A stretch of DNA of 64,000 nucleotides from Camelus ferus (taxonomy: Eukaryota). The translations under genes were made by a program, and so were the position numbers. Positions 41,001-52,560 of this stretch are shown here, one piece after another. The stretch covers positions 75,890,001 through 75,954,000 of the forward strand of contig NC_045697.1 of assembly GCF_009834535.1 (NCBI RefSeq), read 5' to 3'. The notes beneath the pieces are model-generated. The model had not been told where the DNA came from and ran no database searches. It saw only the letters and a list, made by a program, of their open reading frames with translations. The first letter of the stretch is position 1. The number at the start of each line of letters is the position of its first letter.

Positions 41001-41589
41001 AGAAACAGTGGATACAGGCTGAGCGCTATTCCACCCTCTCAGGCGGCCCTATGGACTGCAGATTATCTTTTCCTGTGAAATACTCCCAGTCACACAATTT
41101 ATTGTTTTCATATTTGCACAGCTAATATTTGCTCTGTGTAAGTAAGTATTCAGTTCAACAAGTACTGAATTGTCTGCTTCACCAGTTAAAGCGATCAAAT
41201 TTTTTTTTTTTTTAGTGAGAAAGAAAACAGACCATCCTTTTCCCCTCATAATCCAACTTGTAGTAAATTTTGATGAATTCTATTACAAAATTCATCTGTT
41301 TTTTGTCACTTCATATTATTTAGTTACAAGTTTATTTTTGGAGCACAGTTTACACAAATTTTGTTAAACAGTTTGCATTTTATTGGCTGGTTCTTGATCC
41401 TGTCTGTAGAAAACTTAAACATGTGTGTTATTTCAGAATCACTCCTAAAGAAGTGCTCAGCTAGTAAGTACAACACTTTAAAGGGATAAGTGAGCCTGGG
41501 ATGTAATAACAGAACATGGGTTAGTTCTTGGTTTTCTAATTCTTTAGAAACTATGTCTCTTGATGGACTATAGCCTTAAAAAAAAAAAA

Positions 41590-41790
41590 AGCTTAATGGA
41601 GTTACAACTTACATCCTATAAAATTCAGGTGTTTTAAGGATAGTTAAGTGGTTTTTAATAAATTTACAGAATTGTGCAACCATCATCCTGGTCTACTTTT
41701 AGAACATTTCCATCACCCCAGAAAGAAACTTTAGTTTATTTGCAGTCACTCTCCATTCCCACCGGCAACCACTGTTGATAGACTGTGTCT
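41590..41790 (-). mobile_element. L1MB-like 3' end
   Basis: 'tttacagaattgtgcaaccatc...ttttagaacatttccatcaccccagaaagaaac'. Confidence 0.75.
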
Positions 41791-42734
41791 TTCTCTTATG
41801 ACAACTGGATATGGAACTAAAGTTGTCCAGTCTGCCTCAGCATGGGATAGTAAGTTAGTACCAGAAATCAAAACATCTGTTCTCTACCCAAGCGTCTCTC
41901 AGCCAAAGTTCAGGATTAGTTACTGGTAGCTGCTTTTTCAATTCTATCTTTTAAATAAAAGAAAAAAAAATTTTCCCCCCGTTCATTCTCAGAGTAGTGT
42001 CACAAAGCTAACTTACAACCCACCCATTTCCCTAATTTAAATCTCTCATACTTATACAGCTGTGGGGCCTAGGGCCAGATGTGGGACCTATGGTGGTCTG
42101 GCAAGGACTCTTTTCCATGTTACTTTTGTTGGGAAAGTATTTCACAAATATGCATGATAATTTTTTAGTAAACAGTGGATCTTCTTTTCAGTTTTCAAAA
42201 AGTCTTAGTAAAAATATTTAACAAATTTTATGGGTGTTTCTGAAATAGAATGCCATGACTCACAAGGCACCCTTGTTTCTGTAAGCATCCTAATGCCTAT
42301 CCATTTTAGGTAGGAAGATTTTTACAAGTAAGTTGAGCTCTAAGACTGTTAATAAAGAAAAGCTCAGATGTCTTGGTCTCTAAAAAAAACTTTTATAGAC
42401 ATGAAATTCCTTAACTAAACTGGATCCTGTTAACATTTCAATATACTTATATTATAAATTTAATATGGTGGTTTATTAATTACAATAACTATAATTAAAT
42501 GGCAGATATGGGGAACAAGGAAATACTTAACAGGCTCTTTCCCTGTTCTCCCCACCACGAGAGAATTATATATTGATTTTTTTCCCTAAGTTTATACATT
42601 TGCAAAATTATGAAGATTTAAAATATGTATCTCTCTTTTTAAAAGAGAATTTGTCCCTTTATCTTCTTCACTGCTGACCTGCTTTTTCACTGCTTTTTCT
42701 CTGCTGGCCTCTAATACATAATAGCACTAGAGAT

Positions 42735-42935
42735 GGTGGTGTGGAATTAAGAACAGGGGCTCCTCAGGTCAAATTCCTGGTTCAAATCTAAGCTCTGCCA
42801 GTTCCTACCTGTCTGACCTTAGGCATATCACTTTATGTCAGTTTCTATTCTTTAAAATCTTTTCAAGCATTGTTACGAGGGTTAATTAGATAATACACAG
42901 GGCACAGTACCTGGCACCTAGGTAACATTTAATGA
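42735..42935 (+). mobile_element. MIR SINE
   Basis: 'cctggttcaaatctaagctctgcca...tgaccttaggca...gcacagtacctggcac'. Confidence 0.7.
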
Positions 42936-45900
42936 GAACAATGATATTGTGGCTGTTTTTATTCTACAGCTTGACTTTCTAATGGCTTTTGGTGTCAACT
43001 GGGTTTTCTTTTTTAAGGACTGAGAAAGCCTTGATGTCTGTTAAGAAACTCATCAGCTCTTTTGTTTCCATTGATATTCAATTCCGTTTCAGGACCTAGT
43101 TTTTCTTAAGCCTTTAAATAATGTGTAAATCTCTTTGATTCATCATTTGCAGTTTGTAAATGTTAGCAACATATTTTCTTCGATCAATGTTTAACCTCTG
43201 TTTTCAACGATTATATCTTTTTAAAGATTAAAACCCACATATAAACTCAGATAAGTTTCCTTAATTTTTAAACTATGTTTACACATTTAATACATCTTAT
43301 CTTCTTAACCTCTCCAAATGCACAACCAGGGCAATACCGACATTTAGCAAGCCAAGCATTTCCAAGGCCATCAGCCGGAGCCCATGTCTGCGCTGAGTCT
43401 CCTCTGCAGGATGCTGTCTGTGAGCCTCAGGTCAGAACTGCTGGGGGAGACCTGGGAGTCGGCCACTTGCATCTTTTCCTGGAGCCTAGAATCGGTCACG
43501 TGGTCCCTTTCCTATTTTTGATAAACCATAATCTCAGATATGAATTATTGAGGTTCTACTTCTCCTATTCAGATCTAAGTTTTACTTAAAATCGGTTACT
43601 GCGCCTTTGTACTATTAATGTACTTGTCTCACGGTTTTGTAGTTACTGTATCAAAATACAGTATTTTACAATATTAAGATGGCTGTAATTTATTTAATCC
43701 CTCTGTTGTTGGATATTAAGCTATTTCTAATTCTTTCCTATAAATAGCTGTGTTGAAAACCATACTTGTGGAGATACTTTGCATACATCCTTATTTCTTT
43801 GGGATAAATTCCCAAAACACAATAACTGGGTACCATTATACCAATATTAGTTACCTGCTATAGTCTAATACCTGCTGTTACAACCCTTCTACTGCTGCTC
43901 TCATTTCTACTCCCTGATGAACTTTAGAATCATTCTACCAAATTACAGAAAAAATACTATTGGGATTATTAGGAAAAAATGACCAATGTTGTATATTAAT
44001 ACATTCAGGTTGAACCCTTTATAGTATGATAGAGGTGATAGAAATAAAACATAGACGCAAAATTATGGATTTTCTTGTAATTTGACAGAAAGATTCTGAA
44101 GTTCCTTTAGGGATGAAAAGATGGAGGATTTTTTTCACAGTAGATATCAGAACACATCTTACACAGCTAAAATTGTGATATGGCATTGAAAGAGCATAGC
44201 CCTATATTTCTGTTCCTATTGTTGACAATTTCTCTCCCCAAAATCAAATGGGTACTGAGTTTTATCAAATGTCCCTTTGACCTCACTCAAGACAATCATA
44301 TCTTTTCTTTTTACATCTGTTTGTATTTGATTACAGTTATTTTCTAATTTGAAACCTTCCTTGCATTTCTGGAGTAAATCATACTTAGTTCTTAAAAAAA
44401 AAAAAAAAAGGAAAGAGACCTAGCAAACACTGTATTAAAAGTTTCAGAGTTTTTCACTTGCCTTTAAAAGGGGGATTAGTCTATAGAGATGTTAAAGTTC
44501 TAAAATATTTTCGAGACTAACTTCCAGTGTTTTGCAATTGTAAGAGGACTTGGAAAGCTTTTCATCTGCTTTGTCCCCTGGTGTAGTACCCTAAACAGAT
44601 GATCTAATGGGGTTGCCATCCATCAAGAGGAACTACTGTGGCTTTTGTCACTTTCCAGATACTTACTGGTAGGAAAGTATCACCATAGGAATGAGTGTGT
44701 TGTAATCATCATCTTGATGACAGACATTGCGTCCCAAGTTTGGTTGACACGTGATGAAGGTGCTTGGTATATTTAATCTTCTTAATGAAACCCCAAGGAA
44801 AGTATCAGTCCCGACACTAATGACGATAAATGGGCTTTGCACTCTCAGAGTGCTCTTACTCCCAGGAGCTCAGCGCTCCTCACGATTAATTATTTCAGTC
44901 ATTCTCCCGGTTGTCCCAGGAGGTGGGGGGCTGAATGCTTCCTCTTAAAAAAAAAAAAAAAGTAACTCTTTTCTTCTGTTCTACATTCTACATTCTAGAA
45001 CTAGGTAGCTACCTTATAAAGGTCATCTGTATGTCCGCTGGTAGACCTCAGTCTCAAAATCACGTTTCTTTCACATACTAGTACCAGGCTCGCAGCAAAT
45101 GTGGAGTAGTAAAGCTGGAGGGAATTTGGATGACAGTTTGGCACGATGCTATGAGTGGTGTAGCCTGAAGTTGGTAAAAAAAGAGACAGGCAGTGGCTGA
45201 GTTAGCGCTGGGAACCTCCATTAGAAGTAGTAATCCATGGCGCTGAGGGTTGGTTTTGAAGGTATCTTACTGAGGCACCTCTTAATTATACTTACTCTTC
45301 CTCCAGCATTGTGCCAGGCGACTGCAGGGCATCTCTGTCAGCCCTGTTTTACAGAGAGGGGCACTGGTCCTTTCTCACCCTGCTCTAATGTGTTAGCACC
45401 TGGGGGCTTTTCACGGGGACAAGAGAAAGGTGAGATGTCTGAAATTTTCAGTAATACCTCTTCAGCGGTCCTCATCCTCCAGGGACCCTCTGTTTCTCTG
45501 CCAGGATAACTTTCCTCTTGCTTTCACTTCAGTACCCACTTGATTCTGGGGAGAGAAAGTATTCAATAGCAGGAACAGGGGTCTATATAGCTTTGCTCTT
45601 CCATGCCAGTATGACAGTTTGAGCTGTCCGCTCTCTGCAGACACACCTGGTCAGGGGAGCAGGGATCCAGCTAAAGCTACATTGTAGTCTGGTGACCACC
45701 TCATCCTTCTTCCTTTTACAATATGCCAGTCAGTCTTCTCCAAAGTTTTGTCATTTTAGTTCTGTCTCTTCAGTTAGACTGCAAACTCTGTGGGTGAATG
45801 TTCAGGTTGATTTTTTTTCTTTTAAACTCCATTAAATTGCCCCTACATGTACCTCAGCGCCTGGACATTTGGGTCCACAATAAACACTTGTGGTTGAGCT

Positions 45901-46220
45901 CTTTGCCATCCACAACTGTCACCAAATACTGCCTGTACATACTGACTGTGCCATTTTAACTTTTCTTTCCCCCTCTTCATCGTTAAATAGAGGCTTAGCT
46001 GTCACCACTTTGAGTTTTTATTCCTCCCTATTTTCCTTTCCTGAAGTTCCCCTGAAAGGGAGTTCTTTAAGATGCAAAGGATTGTGCTTAACTTGTGCAG
46101 TGAACTCTGGGTGGGGACTAATTACGAGGTTGGAAAACCCCTTCAGGTGGCTGGGTTCTGGGGCATGACTAAAATGCGGCTTTCCTAAATTGAGAACAGC
46201 TGGGCCGTGTGGCTAGCGCG

Positions 46221-46228
46221 TATAAAAG
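46221..46228 (+). promoter_or_regulatory. SGMS2: TATA box of a putative proximal SGMS2 promoter
   Basis: TATAAAAG in GC/CpG-rich flanks, followed ~100 nt later by consensus donor CGG|GTAAGT. Confidence 0.6.
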
Positions 46229-46249
46229 GGGTGGCGCTGGTGCTCTGTG

Positions 46250-46325
46250 TTGTGGAGACGTCGTGGCTCTTTGGAGCCTGTGGAGCCTCAGCGGAGAGCA
46301 CCTTTCATCACTGGTGTCGTGACGG
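46250..46325 (+). other. SGMS2: Putative non-coding alternative first exon (start approximate)
   Basis: Lies between TATA+30 and the GTAAGT donor at 46326; next strong acceptor is 47164. Confidence 0.55.
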
Positions 46326-47164
46326 GTAAGTGCCTGGAGCTGGCCCTCTGGGTGCCCGTTTCTGTTGTTCTGTAGACACTGTGGTGACCTCATCAAAATG
46401 TTGTTAGTTACTAATTTATTGTATTAGTTGTAGTAAGTTTTATTTTATCCTTCCAGTTACAAGTAGAATTTGCTCCCTAAATCCATAGCAAAGGCTTCGT
46501 GGATCTTCTTCACAGTGTTATCTCGAAGGCCATCGGTTTTTCTTGTGTATGGTCTGCATCCCTGAATATAAAGGGATAAATAGAGGTAGTAGTGCCTTTT
46601 GAAGTATCTTGAACGTGTAGTTCTTGAATGTGTTGTGAAAAGTGGTCACTTAAAAAAAGATCTTAGTTTTTAATAAGAAAATAGAAAGTTGACCATTTCG
46701 ACAAATGTGGAGAATAACAATGACTTAGTGTCTGTAAACAACTCATCACAGTTTTTATTCTTTAAGGTTCGTAGAAGAGGTGCAGGCTTGGGGAGGGACG
46801 ATGTGAACTCTGGGGAGGTTCTCGCTTATTGTGACTTCACAGGTAGTAACAAGTGCTAGTGTCTGAGGAAGTGCTTGCAATGTGGGGTCCTGACTTTTAT
46901 TTAAAGAAATTTCAAAGGAATTGATTATTAAAATGTTCCCATTTACACTGACATCAGCTCCAAAAGAGAAGAACTCCGAGATAAAACAGTTTAATGTTTT
47001 ATAAATAAACTCCATCCCTGCAGCTTGAACTATGTTCTGATGATATATTTATAAAGCAAATGGCTTTGGTATTTGTTTTCTTATTTTGATAATGTTTTTG
47101 TTTTGGATAGTGGACAGTTTGGACAGGCACAATTTCTGAACATAGTTCTGTTTTGTTTTTACAG

Positions 47165-47410
47165 GTGGGATAGTAACATCTTTGGGGGGAAAGAAAATTG
47201 GCTTCCTTTCCTGAAAGTGGTGAATGTACAGCAGGTGGCCACACGGGAGGAACAATAGCCAGATGGCCACCTTCCATGTCTTGTCCTAGGAAACAGAATC
47301 CCTTGTAAGAGTCCATGTTGATCTTGGAAATAGAAGGATTAAGAAAAGTTGAGTTTCCACAGAGAACAAGAACTTTACCATCTCCTTTTTGATCTGAAGA
47401 CTGGGGGACA
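47165..47410 (+). other. SGMS2: 5'UTR part of the first coding exon; contains uORFs
   Basis: Acceptor 'gttctgttttgtttttacag|G' at 47164/47165, 246 nt upstream of the ATG. Confidence 0.75.
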
Positions 47411-47865
47411 ATGGATGTCATAGAGACTGCAAAGCTTGAAGAACACATGGAAAATCAGACCAGCGATCCCACAAGCACTTACACACGACCTGCTGAGCCT
47501 GCTGAAGAAGAAAACAAAAATGGCAATGGTAAACCTAAGAGCTTATCCAACGGGTTGCGGAAGGGCACCAAAAAGTACCCAGACTATATCCAGATTGCTA
47601 TGCCCACTGAGTCCAGGAACAAATTTCCCCTCGAGTGGTGGAAAACGGGCATCGCCTTTGTGTACGCTCTTTTCAACCTCGTCTTGACAACTGTCATGAT
47701 CACGGTTGTGCACGAGAGGGTTCCTCCCAAGGAGCTCAGCCCTCCACTCCCAGACAAGTTTTTTGATTACATAGATCGGGTGAAATGGGCATTTTCTGTA
47801 TCAGAAATAAATGGGATTATATTAGTTGGATTATGGATCACGCAGTGGCTGTTTCTGAGATACAA
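47411..47865 (+). CDS. SGMS2: Sphingomyelin synthase 2, coding exon 1 (aa 1-152, phase 2)
   Basis: MDVIETAKLEEH...YIQIAMP...VHERVPPKELSPPLPDKFFD...WLFLRYK; no SAM domain; Kozak acaATGg; donor AA|GTAAGT. Confidence 0.99.
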
Positions 47866-50800
47866 GTAAGTAAGGTCGAACATGTTCTGGGGTTTTTTGG
47901 TGGGGGTGGGAGCAGTTTGCTATTAGTTTATATTTAAGTGAGCAGATGTGTAATTGAAATTCTCTTTCTTGGTTTTATCTGATAAATTCAGTCTTATCCT
48001 GGCATTTGATGGAAGGAAGCAATAGAAAGAGCTACAGCATTGAATAAATCCAGTCATTATTCAGTAAGCACTTATCAAGCAGCTGTATGAAAGTGGGACC
48101 ATGTACGAAAGTACAGACATACTGTGGTAGATGATTCAGAGCCTGTAAATTTAAGGTGCCGTTCTGATTTCAAGCAGCTTGGCACTATGGTATTTGCCTG
48201 ATAAATCAGGAGGCTTGGAAAGGACGAAGATTCACTTCATCATGCTTGTGTTATTTCAGGCTCTTGACAGGTGGGGAAAGGAGTGGGCTGGGAAGCTTTT
48301 TTCTCCATTGCTCATAATGTGATGACTCTTATCGGTCTATAGTCAATAGCAGGCTTTGAGGTTTGCTCCTTTGCAAGAGTGCTCAAACTTTGCATTTCTT
48401 TTCCTTTTGCCTATTGATAATCCAATCACAAGAGTTTGTTTAACAAACTGCATTTAGAGCTGGGTCTGTGTGGTTTGGGTTTTAGATTTCTAAAGTAAAC
48501 ACGCCTTCTACTCTCCCCACACCGTCACAAAGGAGCCTTTAGTTCACTGGTTTCAGTCTTCCCGTTTTAGAATAGCAGGAACCAGGAAGTAGTAAGCCAG
48601 GTACTTTTACTATGAAGACACCTAAAAATAGGACACGGCTCTGCATTTGTTGGTTGTTTCCTTGCGAATTCTGACTGTGAGTCCATAAAAAGCAAGACCC
48701 CTCAGCACCCCCTTTTCTTCTCAGCTGTCATTCAGATGGTCTCTTCTAAGATTCTGGTGATTAAATCACTAAGATACAAGTTTGATCAAAGCATTGCCCA
48801 TAAACTGAGGCTTTTGAAAATGTAACGTATGCTAACATAGTCGATACAATTCAAAATCAAATAGGATTTCAGTATTAATACCACAAAGATCATTTTTTAA
48901 AGAGGGAATTTATGCTGTATTTTTCTTTCAATTGGTGCTTTGAGATCAGAAGAATTCACTCTGTCTTTGCTTAAGAGTTTGCCATTTTGAAAAGTTATTC
49001 CACAAACTGAAGTCATTCCTAAGCATTTTCTTTAAAATACCTCTCTTAACGTTTCCCTGATATGTATAAGTAAAAGACCTGGCTATCGGTTGTCTTTTGC
49101 TTAGGAGAAGAACTTTTTGCTGCTGAAGTTGTTAGTTATGCCATGCTTTGTGATAAAAGCCAATAATGTTATTTGTTGAATGTTAGCATTTTTCTTGTTA
49201 GTGTCTAGATTTGGCACTGACTACAAGAGAGACTGCTTGGGCCAAAGATACTTGCTTCCCCCTTTATTTTAGAGCAAAGTTTTATTCACATATGTGTGAA
49301 AAGAGAAGTTTTCCAGGGTCCAGTAAGTAGCTGACTTCTATCCTAAATGAAGCACAACTTCAATTTATTTGCATCTTCACCTAGATAATTGCTGTTAACT
49401 GCCGCTCCATTACCACTTTAGGTTTTACCATGTCAAAACCTGTGGTCACACAGGCCAGCCACACATTTTAATGGTAACCACTGTTTTGGTCACAACCATC
49501 ATCAGAAACTTGCTGGGGAAATCACATTAATTTTCCTTTTTACATTTCAGGTAGAATTGGATCTTATATTTTAGTAACTAGTGGAGTAAATTTTATACTC
49601 TTTTGAACACTCCAGCTGAGTAAGAAATGCTATGGGGGAAAAATCATTGGCAGCAGTTCCTTCTCTAAATAAGGCTGCAGAGTACATGTTTCACCTCTAG
49701 GTTAATTTTTATTTCTGAGTACAGCTCAGCTCTGAATACCAGGATGAGTCTAATCGACTCATAATAATTCCTGCTATTACTTCACCCTATGGGGCACAAT
49801 AATTCAGCACTCTTTTCGAACCTGGGGTTGAATCAAAGGGTGAATAGTTTTTCACTTAACCAAATAGAAACGCTCAGCAATATTTTATCACTTGTAACTC
49901 TTCAGTACTGGGAAAGGCAGAGCTAGAATAGCAAGCCTTTGAAAGAAATGCCTTGCAATAAGTAAATACTTTCAACTAGTCACGGTGGTGTTTCTGTCTA
50001 TATTTTGACCCCAGAAACCCTGAAATATCCTTAAAATAGCTCCTGGCGACCAGCAGGCAGCTAAAATTATATTTGTACATAATTCTTTAAATTAGGAGTC
50101 CTAGCAGTTAACCTGAATTAGACCTTGATCCATGGCAGACCACCGTCTTGGAGAAAACTTAAAAATATGCAACATGCCTGAATCTGTCTGTTTTTCCAGA
50201 GGTTTTTGATCAGTACTAGTTTTGGAAGTCTGAGAGCCCTGAAAATGGGAGATCTAGAATAAGTATATCTTATGTACTAGGGAAGTTACAACTAATAATT
50301 CTAGGGGCTTTGTGGATCCCACCCATCTCTTAATCCCCAGAGCCCGGAGTTTATAGACCCACCTACAACTACACAACAGAAAGGGAGTTGCCATCTTTGC
50401 CTGGAAGTGAGGACACTCAGCACTCCTGATGCCCCTTCAGGTACCCATGACGTCCACTCCACCATTCCCTTTGGAGGCCTGTGTGCTCAAAGCCAGCTCT
50501 GGGAGCCACTGCCTTAGAGTGAGGGCTCACTGGTGAAGGACAAGGACTCATGTTAGTCAAGACAGCTGTCTCCACCAGAACATAGAAAGTGAGAAGGGAC
50601 TTGTGGGGTTTTTTGGGGGTTTTTTGCCCTTTTAATCAAGATCAAATAAAGTAAGGGTAAACTAATCAGTTTACAGCCTCACTTTTAAATGTCCTTAAAT
50701 GCATGAGGACACACTGAACTTCAGAATGTCATTCTCTGAAAATCTATGTAGTCATAGACAAAATAGTTCATGCCCAAGTTGTCAGAATATTTTTGGATGG

Positions 50801-51221
50801 ATTCCCAAATACACCTTGCTTATATAACTGAGGTTAAGCCAGTTGTCCCGTTTCCCTGTGTGCCCAATTATGTAGCACCACCTTAGCGCATTAGTTAATT
50901 CCTCTGTGACTGTGGCTCGCTTGCACCTTTGCTGTGTTCTCAAGCGAGAGCTTATTAATGCAGTGAGTTGACTGACAGCGTAGAGAGGTTCACTGAATTC
51001 TCTGGCTAGGAGTGCTGGTGATCTAGAACCCTTGGTCTACTTTTAACTCCCCCACCCCCACAGACTCGTTCCTCTGGGGCCCAGCCCACCTAGGTTGATT
51101 GCAGTATATGAATCTTCGGTTTTGAAAACGGCGATTATTCTTTGTTCTGCATTATTTTATATTGCCTTAGGAGAAAAAAAAACAGTAAACCCGTATCTCC
51201 TCGTCCCTATTCTTCCTTTAG

Positions 51222-51339
51222 GTCAATAGTGGGGCGCAGATTCTTTTTTATCATTGGAACTTTATACCTGTATCGCTGTATCACGATGTACGTCACCACT
51301 CTCCCTGTGCCTGGAATGCATTTCCAGTGCGCTCCAAAG
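51222..51339 (+). CDS. SGMS2: SMS2 coding exon 2 (118 nt)
   Basis: tttag|G; SIVGRRFFFIIGTLYLYRCITMYVTTLPVPGMHFQCAPK; AAG|GTAAGT. Confidence 0.99.
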
Positions 51340-51599
51340 GTAAGTCCCTCTGAGCTACCATGTGGAGGACATTAAGAAAACAGTCACTGAACACTTGCTC
51401 TCTGTTGGACATTCTTCTAGGCACGTTCATATGTGCTAATGGAAATGCAGCGTATTTTCTGGTTTTCTTTATTTCTGTATTTTGAGAGGAGAAATTAAGA
51501 TGTGTTCATAACATTTATATCTTTGTGCATAAAAAAATGCATTTTCTACTAACTGGAAGTTACTATTGGGTCTTTGACTTTTTTTTGAACACACTCAAT

Positions 51600-51872
51600 T
51601 TTTCTTTTTTATTTTTTTAATTGAAGTTAGTCAGTTTACAGCATGTCAATTTCTGGTGTGCAGCATAATGTTTCAGTCATACATATACACACATATTTGT
51701 TTGCATATTCTTTTCATTATAGGTTACTACAAGATATTAAACATAGTTCCCTGTGCTGTACAGAAGATACTTGATGTTTATTTTATATATAATAGTATTT
51801 GCAAATCTCAAACTCCCAATTTATCCCTTTCCCCCATGGTGACCATAAGTTTGTTTTCTATGTCTGTGTGAC
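51600..51872 (-). mobile_element. L1 3' end with tail (same family as the copies at 401 and 31224)
   Basis: T tail, 'ttgaagttagtcagtttaca...tcaatttctggtgtgcagca...aggttactacaagatatt...tagttccctgtgct...aaatctcaaactccca...ccataagtttgttttctatgtctgtg'. Confidence 0.88.
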
Positions 51873-51894
51873 TCTTTACTTTTTGCCTTCTCAC

Positions 51895-52560
51895 TTACTC
51901 ATTCATTCATGCTCATTTCTAAAGTTTTAAGCTGCTGTTATATACCAGGCGCTGTGTAACACCAATGACCAAAACAAAGTTCTCCTCCTCCAAGGGCTGA
52001 TATTCTTACTGAAGGATGACAACTGGTAAATCATAGTTTGTCACATGGTGATAAGTCAGGTGGCTGTCAGATGAAGAACAGTAAAGCTGAGTAAGGGTGA
52101 GAGGGACTGTGAGAGTAGGAGCTATTCTGTAGAGTCATCCAGAGAAGCTTCTTCAGTAAGAAAGCTTTGGGGCAACCAAGATGAAGGAGTGAGCCACGTG
52201 GATAGGGTGAGAGCTCCAGGACGAGGAAATAATAGCTTAGTCACAGTGTGTTCAGGGAAGAGCAGGGGGACCAGTGTGGCTGCGCAGAGCTGCAGAGCAT
52301 TGAGGTGATGGAGCCACAGGTCCCTTGGGGCCATCATGCCCCATTGTAGGAACTTGAACCTTGGTGGTGGCAGTGGGAGTGAGGAGGAGTCGTTCGATTT
52401 CGGGATACGTCTTGAAGGTAGGGCCAACAGGATGTGCTCATAAGTTGGATGTGGGTTTAAGAGAAAGAAGTCAAGGATGACCTCAAAGTTTTTAGTAACT
52501 GGAGCGATAGCGTGGCCTTTTGCTGAGGTGGAGCGTGAGAATGGATACTGAAACTGTCTT
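51895..52560 (-). mobile_element. L2 remnant
   Basis: 'ctcattcattcat...taccaggcgctgtg...tcttgaaggtagggccaacagg...gaagtcaaggatgacctcaaagttttt'. Confidence 0.75.

Noticed and set aside
46999..47448. 149-aa antisense ORF overlapping the SGMS2 start
   Set aside because: No recognisable protein features; crosses the polypyrimidine tract; likely a shadow frame
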